From Eledone cirrhosa (Eukaryota), in NCBI GenBank assembly GCA_964016885.1, contig OZ024760.1, positions 33,108,001 through 33,172,000 on the forward strand: a DNA stretch of 64,000 nucleotides, given 5' to 3'. The notes beneath the pieces were generated by a model. It saw only the letters and a program-made list of their open reading frames with translations, did not search any database and had not been told where the DNA came from. Shown one piece after another: positions 26,043 to 37,700 of the stretch (within the stretch, counting starts at the first letter, position 1; each line of letters starts with the position of its first letter). A program made the position numbers and the translations under genes.

Positions 26043-27087
26043 CTAGCAGTAAAGCCCGGCGTTGCTCGGGGTCGCTCAGTAGCTGTGTTAAAGTTACAAT
26101 GTTAAGTTTCTTTCTTGGCTTAAAAACTGTAGTGTCTACTGTGCAGACTTGCATGTGGTGTTTTTGATTAATATTCCCTCAACCAACAATATGCCTTATG
26201 AAGTTAAGAAAACATAACGATAACCCGAATGTTATAACAAAAGAGGATGCTGGGGATAAAAACTGCACTGGTTATTTATTAACAAAGATCGAAAATGTAA
26301 ACACTGCAACGCAGAGAAAAACATTAGCGTAACCAAATTATCAGTTATGTCTGTCTGCACGCCTATATCACCTCTCTGCACGACTATCTGTCTGCACGCG
26401 TATATCACCTCTCTGCACGACTATCTGTCTGCACGACTATCTGTCTGCACGCCTATATCACCTCTCTGCACGACTATCTGTCTGCACGCCTAACGAAATT
26501 TACAGATACAGCCTGGCGTTGCTCGGGGTCGCTCAGTAGCTGTGTTAAAGTTACAATGTTAAGTTTCTTTTTTGGCTTAAAGTCTGTCTGCACGCCTAAC
26601 GAAATTTACAGATACATATATTTTAAATAAACTTATATAATTTTTGCTTTTTTTTTACGAAATATTTGCTTGTTTTACGTAGTCTTTAAATAGACTTGTT
26701 TTCAAGTAAAAATATTGTTTTAAAAGGCTTTTAAATGGAATTGAAGCAAAACGGAAGTTTAGTGTTCGAACTGATGAATTTTGCAGTGTGTTAATGTCAT
26801 TTTAAACGCTGAGAAAGCCAGCGTAATTTTTTAATTTTTGCACGCAGACGCTCAATGTAAACAGAACAAAGGGAAATAACTGATCACTTACGCTCAAAAA
26901 TCGATACATTATATTCGATTTCGTCAGATAGGGCGGGTCAATTTGAAATATTTTTTTTTCCGATGTCTTCGCTACGGCTCAATGTACAAGTATAGCAATT
27001 TCGGTGCAATTCCGTGAGAGATTCTAAGAGGAGATGTGTGCCAAAAATCGATAGACAGACAGACAACCACAGTTTTATATATATAGA
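26043..27087 (-). mobile_element. Non-autonomous Helitron (~1045 bp)
   Basis: On the minus strand: host A|TCTATATATATAAAA…GTCTGTCTGTC at the 5' end, and hairpin CCCGAGCAACGCCGGG ~8 nt before terminal CTAG|T host. These are canonical TC…CTRR ends at an AT target with no TSD. Internal CTATCTGTCTGCACG-type minisatellite at ~26349-26490. Confidence 0.85.
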
Positions 27088-27134
27088 TATACACACTATT
27101 GTTCTTATGTATAGTGCTAAGTTGTATAACAGTA

Positions 27135-30100
27135 TCCACCCTATAAAGTTGTGGAGCTGGTACCATCATAGAGAGTACCCTGTCCACCCTATAAAGCTGT
27201 GGAGCTGGTGCCACGATAGAGAGTACCCTGTACACCCTATAAAGCTGTGGAGCTGGTGCCACGATAGAGAGTACCCTGTCCACCCTATAAAGTTGTGGGG
27301 CTGGTGCCACGATAGAGAGTACCCTGTCCACTCTATAAAGTTGTGGGGCTGGTACCACGATAGAGAGTACCCTGTACACCCTATAAAGCTGTGGAGCTGG
27401 GGCCACGATAGAGAGTACCCTGTCCACCATATAAAGCTGTGGAGCTGGTGCCACGATAGAGAGTACCCTGTACACCGTATAAAGCTGTGGAGCTGGTGCC
27501 ACGATAGAGAGTACCCTGTCCACCCTATAAGGTTGTGGGGCTGTTACCACGATAGAGAGTACCCTGGCCACCCTATAAAGCTGTGGAGCGGGGGCCACGA
27601 TAGAGAGTACCCTGTCCACCCTATAAAGTTGTGGAGCTGGTTCCACGATAGAGAGTACCCTGTCCACCCTATAAAATTGTGGAGCTGGTTCCACGATAGA
27701 GAGTACCCTGTACACCCTATCAAGCTATGAAGCTGGGGCCACGATAGAAAGTATCCTGTCCACCCTATAAAGTTGTGGGACTGGTACCACGATAGAGAGT
27801 ACCCTGATCACCCTATAAAGCTGTGGAGCTGGTACCACGATAGAGCGTACCCTGTCCACCTTATAAAGCTGTGGAGCTGGGGCCACGATAGAGAGTACGC
27901 TGTCCATCCTATAAAGTTGTGGAGCTGGTAAGACTATAGAGAGTACCCTGTCCACCCTATAAAGTTGTGGGGCTGGTACCACAATAGAGAATACCCTGGC
28001 CACCCTATAAAGTTGTGGGGCTGGTACCACGATAGAGAATACCCTGGCCACCCTATAAAGCTGTGGAGCTGGTGTCACGATAGAGCGTACCCTGTCCACC
28101 TTATAAAGCTGTGGAGCTGGGGCCACGATAGAGAGTACCCTGTCCAACCTATAAAGTTGTGGGACTGGTACCACGATAGAGAGTACCCTGTCCACCCTAT
28201 AAAGTTGTGGGGCTGGTACCACGATAGAGAGTACCCTGGCCACCCTATAAAGCTGTGGAGCTGGTGTCACGATAGAGCGTACCCTGTCCACCTTATAAAG
28301 CTGTAGAGCTGGGGCCACGATAGAGAGTACCCTGTCCACCCTATAAAGTTGTGGGGCTGGTACCACGATAGAGAGTACCCTGTCCACCCTATAAAGTTGT
28401 GGGGCTGGTACCACGATAGAGAGTACCATGGCCACTCTATAAAGCTGTGGAGCTGGTGTCACGATAGAGCGTACCCTGTCCACCCTATAAAGCTGTGAAG
28501 CTGTGGTCACGATAGAGAGTACCCTGTCCACTCTATAAAGCTGTGGAGCTGGGGCCACGATAGAGAGTACCCTGTCCACCCTATAAAGCTGTGGAGCTGG
28601 GGCCACGATAGAGAGTACCCTGTCCACCCTATAAAGTTGTGGAGCTGGTTCCACGATAGAGAGTACCCTGTACACCCTATAAAGCTGTGAAGCTGGGGCC
28701 ACGATAGAAAGTATCCTGTCCACCCTATAAAGTTGTGGGACTGGTACTACGATAGAGCGTACCCTGATCACCCTATAAAGCTGTGGAGCTGGTACCACGA
28801 TAGAGCGTACCCTGTCCACCTTATAAAGCTGTGGAGCTGGGCCCACGATAGAGAGTACGCTGTCCACCCTATAAAGTTGTGGAGCTGGTACCACGATAGA
28901 GAGTACCCTGTCCACCCTATAAAGTTGTGGGGCTGGTACCACGATAGAGAATACCCTGGCCACCCTATAAAGCTGTGGAGCTGGTGTCACGATAGAGCGT
29001 ACTCTGTCCACCTTATAAAGCTGTGGAGCTGGGGCCACGATAGAGAGTACCCTGTCCAACCTATAAAGTTGTGGGACTGGTACCACGATAGAGAGTACCC
29101 TGTCCACCCTATAAAGTTGTGGGGCTGGTACCACGATAGAGAGTACCCTGGCCACCCTATAAAGCTGTGGAGCTGGTGTCACGATAGAGCGTACCCTGTC
29201 CACCTTATAAAGCTGTAGAGCTGGGGCCACGATAGAGAGTACCCTGTCCACCCTATAAAGTTGTGGGGCTGGTACCACGATAGAGAGTACCCTGTCCACC
29301 CTATAAAGTTGTGGGGCTGGTACCACGATAGAGAGTACCATGGCCACTCTATAAAGCTGTGGAGCTGGTGTCACGATAGAGCGTACCCTGTCCACCCTAT
29401 AAAGCTGTGAAGCTGGGGTCACGATAGAGAGTACCCTGTCCACTCTATAAAGCTGTGGAGCTGGGGCCACGATAGAGAGTACCCTGTCCACCCTATAAAG
29501 CTGTGGAGCTGGGGCCACGATAGAGAGTACCCTGTCCACCCTATAAAGTTGTGGAGCTGGTTCCACGATAGAGAGTACCCTGTACACCCTATAAAGCTGT
29601 GAAGCTGGGGCCACGATAGAAAGTATCCTGTCCACCCTATAAAGTTGTGGGACTGGTACTACGATAGAGCGTACCCTGATCACCCTATAAAGCTGTGGAG
29701 CTGGTACCACGATAGAGCGTACCCTGTCCAGCTTATAAAGCTGTGGAGCTGGGCCCACGATAGAGAGTACGCTGTCCACCCTATAAAGTTGTGGAGCTGG
29801 TACCACGATAGAGAGTACCCTGTCCACCCTATAAAGTTGTGGGGCTGGTACCACGATAGAGAGTACCCTGGCCACTCTATAAAGCTGTGGAGCTGGTGTC
29901 ACGATAGAGCGTACCCTGTCCACCTTATAAAGCTGTGGAGCTGGGGCCACGATAGAGAGTACCCTGTCCACCCTATAAAGTTGTCGAGCTGGGGCCACGA
30001 TAGAGAGTACCCTGTCCACCCTATAAAGTTGTCGAGCTGGTGCCACGATAGAGAGTACCCTGTCCACCCTATAAAGTTGTCGAGCTGGTGCCACGATAGG

Positions 30101-30327
30101 GAGTACCCTGTCCACCCTATAAAGTTGTCGAGCTGGGGCCACGATAGAGAGTACCCTGTCCACCCTATAAAGTTGTCGAGCTGGTGCCACGATAGAGAGT
30201 ACCCTGTCCACCCTATAAAGCTGTGTAGCTGGTGCCACGATAGAGCGTACCCTGTCCACCCTATAAAGTTGTCGAGCTGGTGCCACGATAGAGAGTACCC
30301 TGTCCACCCTATAAAGCTGTGGAGCTG
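27135..30327. repeat. 48-bp minisatellite, ~66 copies, with ~912-960-bp (19-20-mer) higher-order repeats
   Basis: Unit CCCTATAAAGCTGTGGAGCTGGTGCCACGATAGAGAGTACCCTGTCCA. The diagnostic variant GAAAGTATCC recurs at ~27748, ~28707 and ~29619. Confidence 0.97.
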
Positions 30328-30371
30328 GATGTGGTGGTGGTGGTGGGGGGGGGGGGGGGAGGGGAAAGGTT

Positions 30372-30716
30372 TAGATAGAGACATTAGAGGAAATACACAA
30401 AGTGTGGGGTGGGGAGGGAGGTTGGAGAGAAGAAGGCTTACATTTCACACACACACACATATATATATATATATGTGTGTGTGTGTATACATATATGTGC
30501 GTGTGTGTGTGTATATATATATATGTGTATGTATATATATATATGTGTGTGTATATATATATATATATATATACGTGCGCGTGTGTGTGTGTGTATGTAT
30601 ATATGTGTGTGTATGTATGTATAAATGTGTGTGAAAGTCTATATACTTATATGTGAAATGTAAGCCTTCTTCTCCCCAACTCACACTGTCTGTACTTCCT
30701 CTAACGTCTCTATCTA
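30372..30716. repeat. Imperfect inverted repeat (arms 30372-30449 and 30652-30716) around a TA/TG microsatellite
   Basis: TAGATAGAGACATTAGAGGAA…GAGAAGAAGGCTTACATTTCACA is matched in reverse complement by TGTGAAATGTAAGCCTTCTTCTC…TTCCTCTAACGTCTCTATCTA. Confidence 0.8.
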
Positions 30717-31279
30717 CTCCCCCCTCTACTCCTATCCCTCCCTCTACTACTCCCCCTCCCACTACTCCACCCACTCCCACTACTCCTTTTATCTTTGAAA
30801 AAGAAAAGAAAGATAAAATTACCTGTCTTTGTCTCAAGTTGTCATTCTCTCCTTACACCACAATAGTCTCACCTCCACCACCAACACCTCCTCCACCACC
30901 ATCACCTCCTCCTCCTCCACCACCATCAACATTTCTCCTTTTTTAACCACCGCCACCATCTTTTCCGTTTTTCCCCTCTCACTCTCCCCATCTCTTTCCC
31001 TCTCACTCATCACCCCCAGTTCACTCCCCCCACGATCCACCTCATTCTGCTTGCTTATTTTACTTATTTTGTCTATTTGTCCACTCACATACCTGTCCAC
31101 CTGCTTACTGTCTGTTCGTGTGTCTAAGGAAATCGTGAAATAAGTTAAGTCCCGCCAAGGAGGTGAGTTGTGAGTTTTCAGGGCAGAGCCCTTCTTATTC
31201 AGTAATTTGTGTCTCAGATTTTAAAAAAAAGAAACGTTTTCAACGATGAAATACGATTTATCCACCAACGATTTATCCA

Positions 31280-31387
31280 CCCATCTATCTATCTGTATAT
31301 CTATCTAACTATCTTTCTATCTCTCTCTCTCTCTATCTATCCATCTATTTACCTATTTATCTATCTACTTGTCCCTCTGTCCGTCTA

Positions 31388-31422
<35 letters not shown>

Positions 31423-31495
31423 GTCTGTCTGTCTATCCGTCTTTGTACATATAAGTATTTACCTGCGTACCTGTCTATCAGTCTGTCTGTCTGTC
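31280..31495. repeat. (TCTA)n/(TCTG)n tetranucleotide microsatellite
   Basis: Read directly. Confidence 0.9.
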
Positions 31496-31569
31496 AGGTA
31501 ATTTTACAACTCTTTTGTCATTTTACTATCCCTCAATCCATCAGTTTTGAAAAATGTGTTGTTATTATG

Positions 31570-31754
31570 TAGCGCGTCGGACAATATGCTTTGCAGCATA
31601 GAGTTACGGCCCTTTATGTTCTGAGTTCAAATCCCGGCGGGGTTAGCTTAGTCTTCCATCTTTACAGGGTCGATAAAATAAATTACTAGTAATACACTGG
31701 TGTCTATTTAATCGACTTTTCCCTCTCCCCCAAAAAACAATTATTATTATTATT
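31570..31754 (+). mobile_element. tRNA-derived SINE, 5'-truncated and diverged
   Basis: Pol III B-box GTTCAAATCC (31625-31634), central TTCCATC…GGGTCGATAAAATAA…CTGG…TAATCGACT body and (TTA)n tail. Resembles an abundant octopus SINE family from memory; no search was run. Confidence 0.7.
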
Positions 31755-31799
31755 CATTTTTCATTGCTCAGCTCCTAACACTAGAGATGTATCACAGTG

Positions 31800-34700
31800 T
31801 TACCCCAGTTCTCTACCAGTAAACTGGGCTAACACCCCTTATCTCAGCTTTACTACCAGTTAACTGGGGTAACACCCCTTACCTCATTTTACTACCAGTT
31901 AACTGAGGTAACACCCCTTATCTCAGCTTTACTACCAGTTAACTGAAGTAACACTCCTTATCTCAGCTTTACTACCAGTTAACTGGGGTAACACCCCTTA
32001 CCTCATTTTACTACCAGTTAACTGAGGTAACACCCCTTATCTCAGCTTTACTACCAGTTAACTGAGGTAACACTCCTTATCTCAGCTATGCTACCAGTGA
32101 ACTGAGGTAACACCCCTTATCTCAGCTTTACTACCAGTTAATTGAGGTAACACTCCTTATCTCAGCTATGCTACCAGTGAACTGAGGTAACACCCCTTAT
32201 CTCAGCTTTACTACCAGTTAACTGAGGTAACATCCCTTATCTCAGCTATACTACCAGTTAACTGAGGTAACACCCCTTATCTCAGCTTTACTCCCAGTTA
32301 ACTGGGGTACATCCCTTATGTCATCTTTACTACCAGTTAACTGAGGTAACGCCCCTCATCTCAGCTTTACTACCTTTTAACTGGGGTAACACCCCTTACC
32401 TCAGCTTTAATACCAGTTAACTGAGGTAACACTACTTATCTCAGCTTTACTACCAGGTAAGTGAGGTAACACCCCTTACCTCAGATTTACTACCAGTTAT
32501 CTGAGGTAACACTCCTTATCTCAGCTTTACTACCAGTTAATTGAGGTAACACTCCTTATCTCAGCTTTACTACCAGTTAATTGAGGTAACACTCCTTATC
32601 TCAGCTTTACTACCAGTTAACTGAGGTAACACTCCTTATCTCAGCTTTACTACCAGTTAATTGAGGTAACACCCCTTACCTCAGCTTTACTACCAGTTAA
32701 CTGAGGTAACATCCCTTATATCAGCTTTACTACCAGTTAACTGGGGTAACACCCCTTACCTCATTTTACTACCAGTTAACTGAGGTAACACCCCTTATCT
32801 CAGCTTTACTACCAGTTAACTGAGGTAACACCCCTTATCTCACCTTTACTACCAGTTAACTGAGGTAACACCCCTTATCTCAGCTTTACTACCAGTTAAC
32901 TGAGGTAACACCTCTTACCTCCGCTTTACTACCATTTAACTGAGGTAACACCCCTTACCTCAGCTTTACTACCAGTTAACTGGGGTAACATCCCTTATCT
33001 CAGCTTTACTACCAGTTAACTGAGGTAACACCCATTATCTCAACTTTACTACCAGTTAACTGAGGTAACACCCCTTACCTCAGCTTTACTACCAGTTAAC
33101 TGGGGTACATCCCTTATCTCAGCTTTACTACCAGTTAACTGAGGTAACACTCCTTATCTCAGCTATGCTACCAGTGAACTGAGGTAACACCCCTTATCTC
33201 AGCTTTACTACCAGTTAACTGAGGTAACACCCCTTACCTCAGCTTTACTACCAGTTAACTGAGGTAACACTCCTTATCTCAGCTTTACTACCAGGTAAGT
33301 GAGGTAACACCCCTTACCTCAGCTTTACTACCAGTTAACTGGGGTAACATCCCTTATCTCAGCTTTACTACCAGTTAACTGAGGTAACACCCCTTACCTC
33401 CGATTTACTACCATTTAACTGAGGTAACACCCCTTATCTCAGCTTTACTACCAGTTAACTGAGGTAACACCCATTATCTCAGCTTTACTACCAGTTAACT
33501 GAGGTAACACCCCTTATCTCAACTTTACTACTAGTAAACTGAGGTAACACCCCTTACCTCCGCTTTACTACCAGTTAACTGAGGTAACACCCCTTACCTC
33601 AGCTTTACTACCAGTTAACTGAGGTAACACCCCTTATCTCAGCTTTACTACCAGTTAACTGAGGTAACACCCCTTATCTCAGCTTTACTACCAGTTAACT
33701 GAGGTAACACTCCTTATCTCAGCTTTACTACCAGTTAACTGAGGTAACACCCCTTATCTCAGCTTTACTACCAGTTAACTGAGGTAACACCCCTTACCTC
33801 AGCTTTACTACCAGTTAACTGAGGTAACACCCCTTATCTCAGCTTTACTACCAGTTAACTGAGGTAACACCCCTTATCTCAGCTTTACTACCAGTTAACT
33901 GAGGTAACACCCCTTATCTCAGCTTTACTACCAGTGAACTGAGCTAACACCCCTTATCTCAGCTTTACTACCAGTTAACTGAGGTATCACCCCTTATCTC
34001 AGCTTTACTACCAGTTAACTGAGGTAACACCCTTTATCTCAGCTTTACTACCAGTTAACTGAGGTAACACTCCTTATCTCAGCTTTACTACCAGTTAACT
34101 GAGGTAACACACCTTATCTCAGCTTTACTACCAGTTAACTGGGGTAACATCCCTTACCTCAGCTTTACTGCCAGTTAACTGAGGTATCACCCCTTACCTC
34201 AAATTTACTACCAGTTAACTGAGGTAACACTCCTTATCTCAGCTTTACTACCAGTTAACTGGGGTAACATCCCTTATCTCAGCTTTACTACCAGTTAACT
34301 GAGGTAACACCCCTTATCTCAGCTTTACTACCAGTTAACTGAGGTAACACTCCTTATCTCAGCTTTACTACCAGTTAACTGGGGTAACATCCCTTATCTC
34401 AGCTTTACTACCAGTTAACTGAGGTAACACTCCTTATCTCAGCTTTACTACCAGTGAACTGGGGTAACACCCCTTACCTCAGCTTTACTACCAGTTAACT
34501 GAGGTAACACTCCTTATCTCAGCTTTACTACCAGTTAACTGAGGTAACACTCCTTATCTCAGCTTTACTACCAGTTAACTGAGGTAACACCCCTTACCTC
34601 AGCTTTACTACCAGTTAACTGAGGTAGCACCCCTTATCTCAGCTTTACTACCAGTTAAATGAGGTAGCACCCCTTATCTCAGCTTTACTACCACTGAACT

Positions 34701-37700
34701 GAGGTAACACCCCTTACCTCAGCTTTACTACCAGTTAACTGAGGTAGCACCCCTTATCTCAGCTTTACTACCAGTGAACTGAGGTAGCACCCCTTATCTC
34801 AGCTTTACTACCAGTGAACTGAGGTAACACTCCTTATTTCAGCTTTACTACCAGTGAATGAGGCAACATCCCTTATCTCAACTTTACTCCCAGTTATTTG
34901 AGGTAACACTCCTTATCTCAGCTTTACTACCAGTGAACTGAGGTAACATCCCTTATCTCAGCTTTACTACCAGTTAACTGAGGTAACATCCCTTATGTCA
35001 GCTTTACTACCAGTTAACTGAGGTAACACTCCTTATCTCAGCTTTACTACCAGTTAACTGAGGTAACACTCCTTATCTCAGCTTTACTACCAGTTAACTG
35101 AGGTAACACTCCTTATCTCAGCTTTACTACGAGTTAACTGAGGTAACACTCCTTATCTCAGCTTTACTACCAGTTAACTGAGGTAACACCCATTATCTCA
35201 GCTTTACTACCAGTTAACTGAGGTAACACTCCTTATCTCAGCTTTACTACCAGTTAACTGAGGTAACATCCCCTATCTCAGCTTTACTACCAGTGATCTG
35301 AGGTAACACTCCTTATTTCAGCTTTACTACCAGTTAACTGAGGTAACACTCCTTATTTCAGCTTTACTACCAGTTAACTGGGGTAACACTCCTTATCTCA
35401 GCTTTAATACCAGTTAACTGAGGTAATACCCCTTATCTCAGCTTTACTACCAGTTAACTGAGGTAACACTCCTTATCTCAGCTTTACTACCAGTTAACTG
35501 AGGTAACATCCCCTATCTCAGCTTTACTACCAGTGATCTGAGGTAACACTCCTTATTTCAGCTTTACTACCAGTGAACTGAAGTAACACTCCTTATCTCA
35601 GCTTTACTACCAGTTAACTGAGGTAACACCCCTTATCTCAGCTTTACTACCAGTGAACTGAGGTAACACCCCTTATCTCAGCTTTACTACCAGTTAACTC
35701 AGGTAACACTCCTTATTTCAGCTTTACTACCAGTTAACTGGGGTAACACTCCTTATCTCAGCTTTAATACCAGTTAACTGAGGTAACACCCCTTATCTCA
35801 GCTTTACTACCAGTGAACTGAGGTAACACCCCTTATCTCAGCTTTACTACCAGTTAACTGAGGTAACACCCCTTATCTCAGCTTTACTACCAGTTAACTC
35901 AGGTAACACTCCTTATCTCAGCTTTACTACCAGTTAACTGAGGTAACACCCCTTATCTCAGCTTTACTACCAGTGATCTGAGGTAACACCCCTTATCTCA
36001 GCTTTACTACCAGTGAACTGAGGGAACACTCCTTATCTCAGCTTTACTACCAGTTAACTGAGGTAACATCCCTTATCTCAGCTTTACTACCAGTTAATTG
36101 ACGTAACACCCCTTATCTCAGCTTTACTACCAGTGAACTGAAGTAACACTCCTTATCTCAGCTTTACTACCAGTTAACTCAGGTAACATCCCTTATCTCA
36201 GCTTTACTACCAGTGAACTGAGGTAACACCCCTTATCTCAGCTTTACTACCAGTTAATTGACGTAACACCCCTTATCTCAGCTTTACTACTAGTTAACTG
36301 AGGTAACATCCCCTATCTCAGCTTTACTACCAGTGATCTGAGGTAACACTCCTTATTTCAGCTTTACTACCAGTGAACTGAGGTAACATCCCTTATCTCA
36401 GCTTTACTACCAGTTAACTGAGGTAACACCCCTTATCTCAGCTTTACTACCAGTTAACTGAGGTAACACCCCTTATCTCAGCTTTACTACCAGTGAACTG
36501 AGGTAACACCCCTTATCTCAGCTTTACTACCAGTGAACTGAGGTAACACTCCTTATCTCAGCTTTACTACCAGTTAACTGGGGTAAAATCCCTTACCTGA
36601 GCTTTACTACCAGTTAATTGACGTAACACCCCTTATCTCAGCTTTACTACTAGTTAACTGTGGTAACACCCCTTATCTCAGCTTTACTACCAGTTAATTG
36701 ACGTAACACCCCTTATCTCAGCTTTACTACCAGTTAACTGAGGTAACACCCCTTATCTCAGATTTACTACCAGTTAATTGACGTAACACCCCTTATCTCA
36801 GCTTTACTACTAGTTAACTGAGGTAACACTCCTTATCTCAGCTTTGCTACCAGTTAACTGAGGTAACACCCCTTACCTCAGCTTTACTACCAGTTAACTG
36901 AGGTAACACTCCTTATCTCAGCTTAACTACCAGTTAACTGAGGTAACACCCCTTATCTCAGCTTTACTACCAGTTAATTGACGTAACACCCCTTATCTCA
37001 GCTTTACTACTAGTTAACTGAGGTAACACCCCTTATCTCAGCTTTACTACCAGTTAACTGAGGTAACACTCCTTATCTCAGCTTTACTACCAGTGATCTG
37101 AGGTAACACTCCTTATTTCAGCTTTACTACCAGTGAACTGAGGTAACACCTCTTATCTCAGCTTTACTACCAGTTAACTGAGGTAACACTCCTTATCTCA
37201 GCTTTACTACCATTTAACTAGGGTAACATCCCTTATCTCAGCTTTACTACCAGTTAACTGAGGTAACATCACTCATCTCAGTTTTACTACCAGTGAACTG
37301 AGGTAACACACCTTATCTCAGCTTTACTACCAGTTAATTGAGGTAACACTCCTTATCTCAGCTTTACTACCAGTTAACTGAGGTAACACCCCTTATCTCA
37401 GCTTTACTACCAGTTAACTGAGGTAACACTCCTTATCTCAGCTTTACTACCAGTTAACTGGGGTAACATCTCTTATCTCAGCTTTACTACCAGTTAACTG
37501 GGGTACATCCCTTATCTCAACTTTACTACCAGTTGACTGAGGTAACACCCCTTATCTCAGCTTTACTACCAGTTAACTGAGGTAACACTCTTTATCTCAG
37601 CTTTACTACCAGTTAACTGAGGTAACACCCCTTATCTCAGCTTTACTACCAGTGAACTGAGGTACCACTCCTTATCTCAGCTTTACTACCAGTTAACTGA

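Noticed and set aside
31129-31168. Possible micro-exon (…TCTAAG|…AAGGAG|GTGAGT)
   Set aside because: It has stops in all three frames and no supporting neighbouring exons, so a chance splice-like motif is likely.
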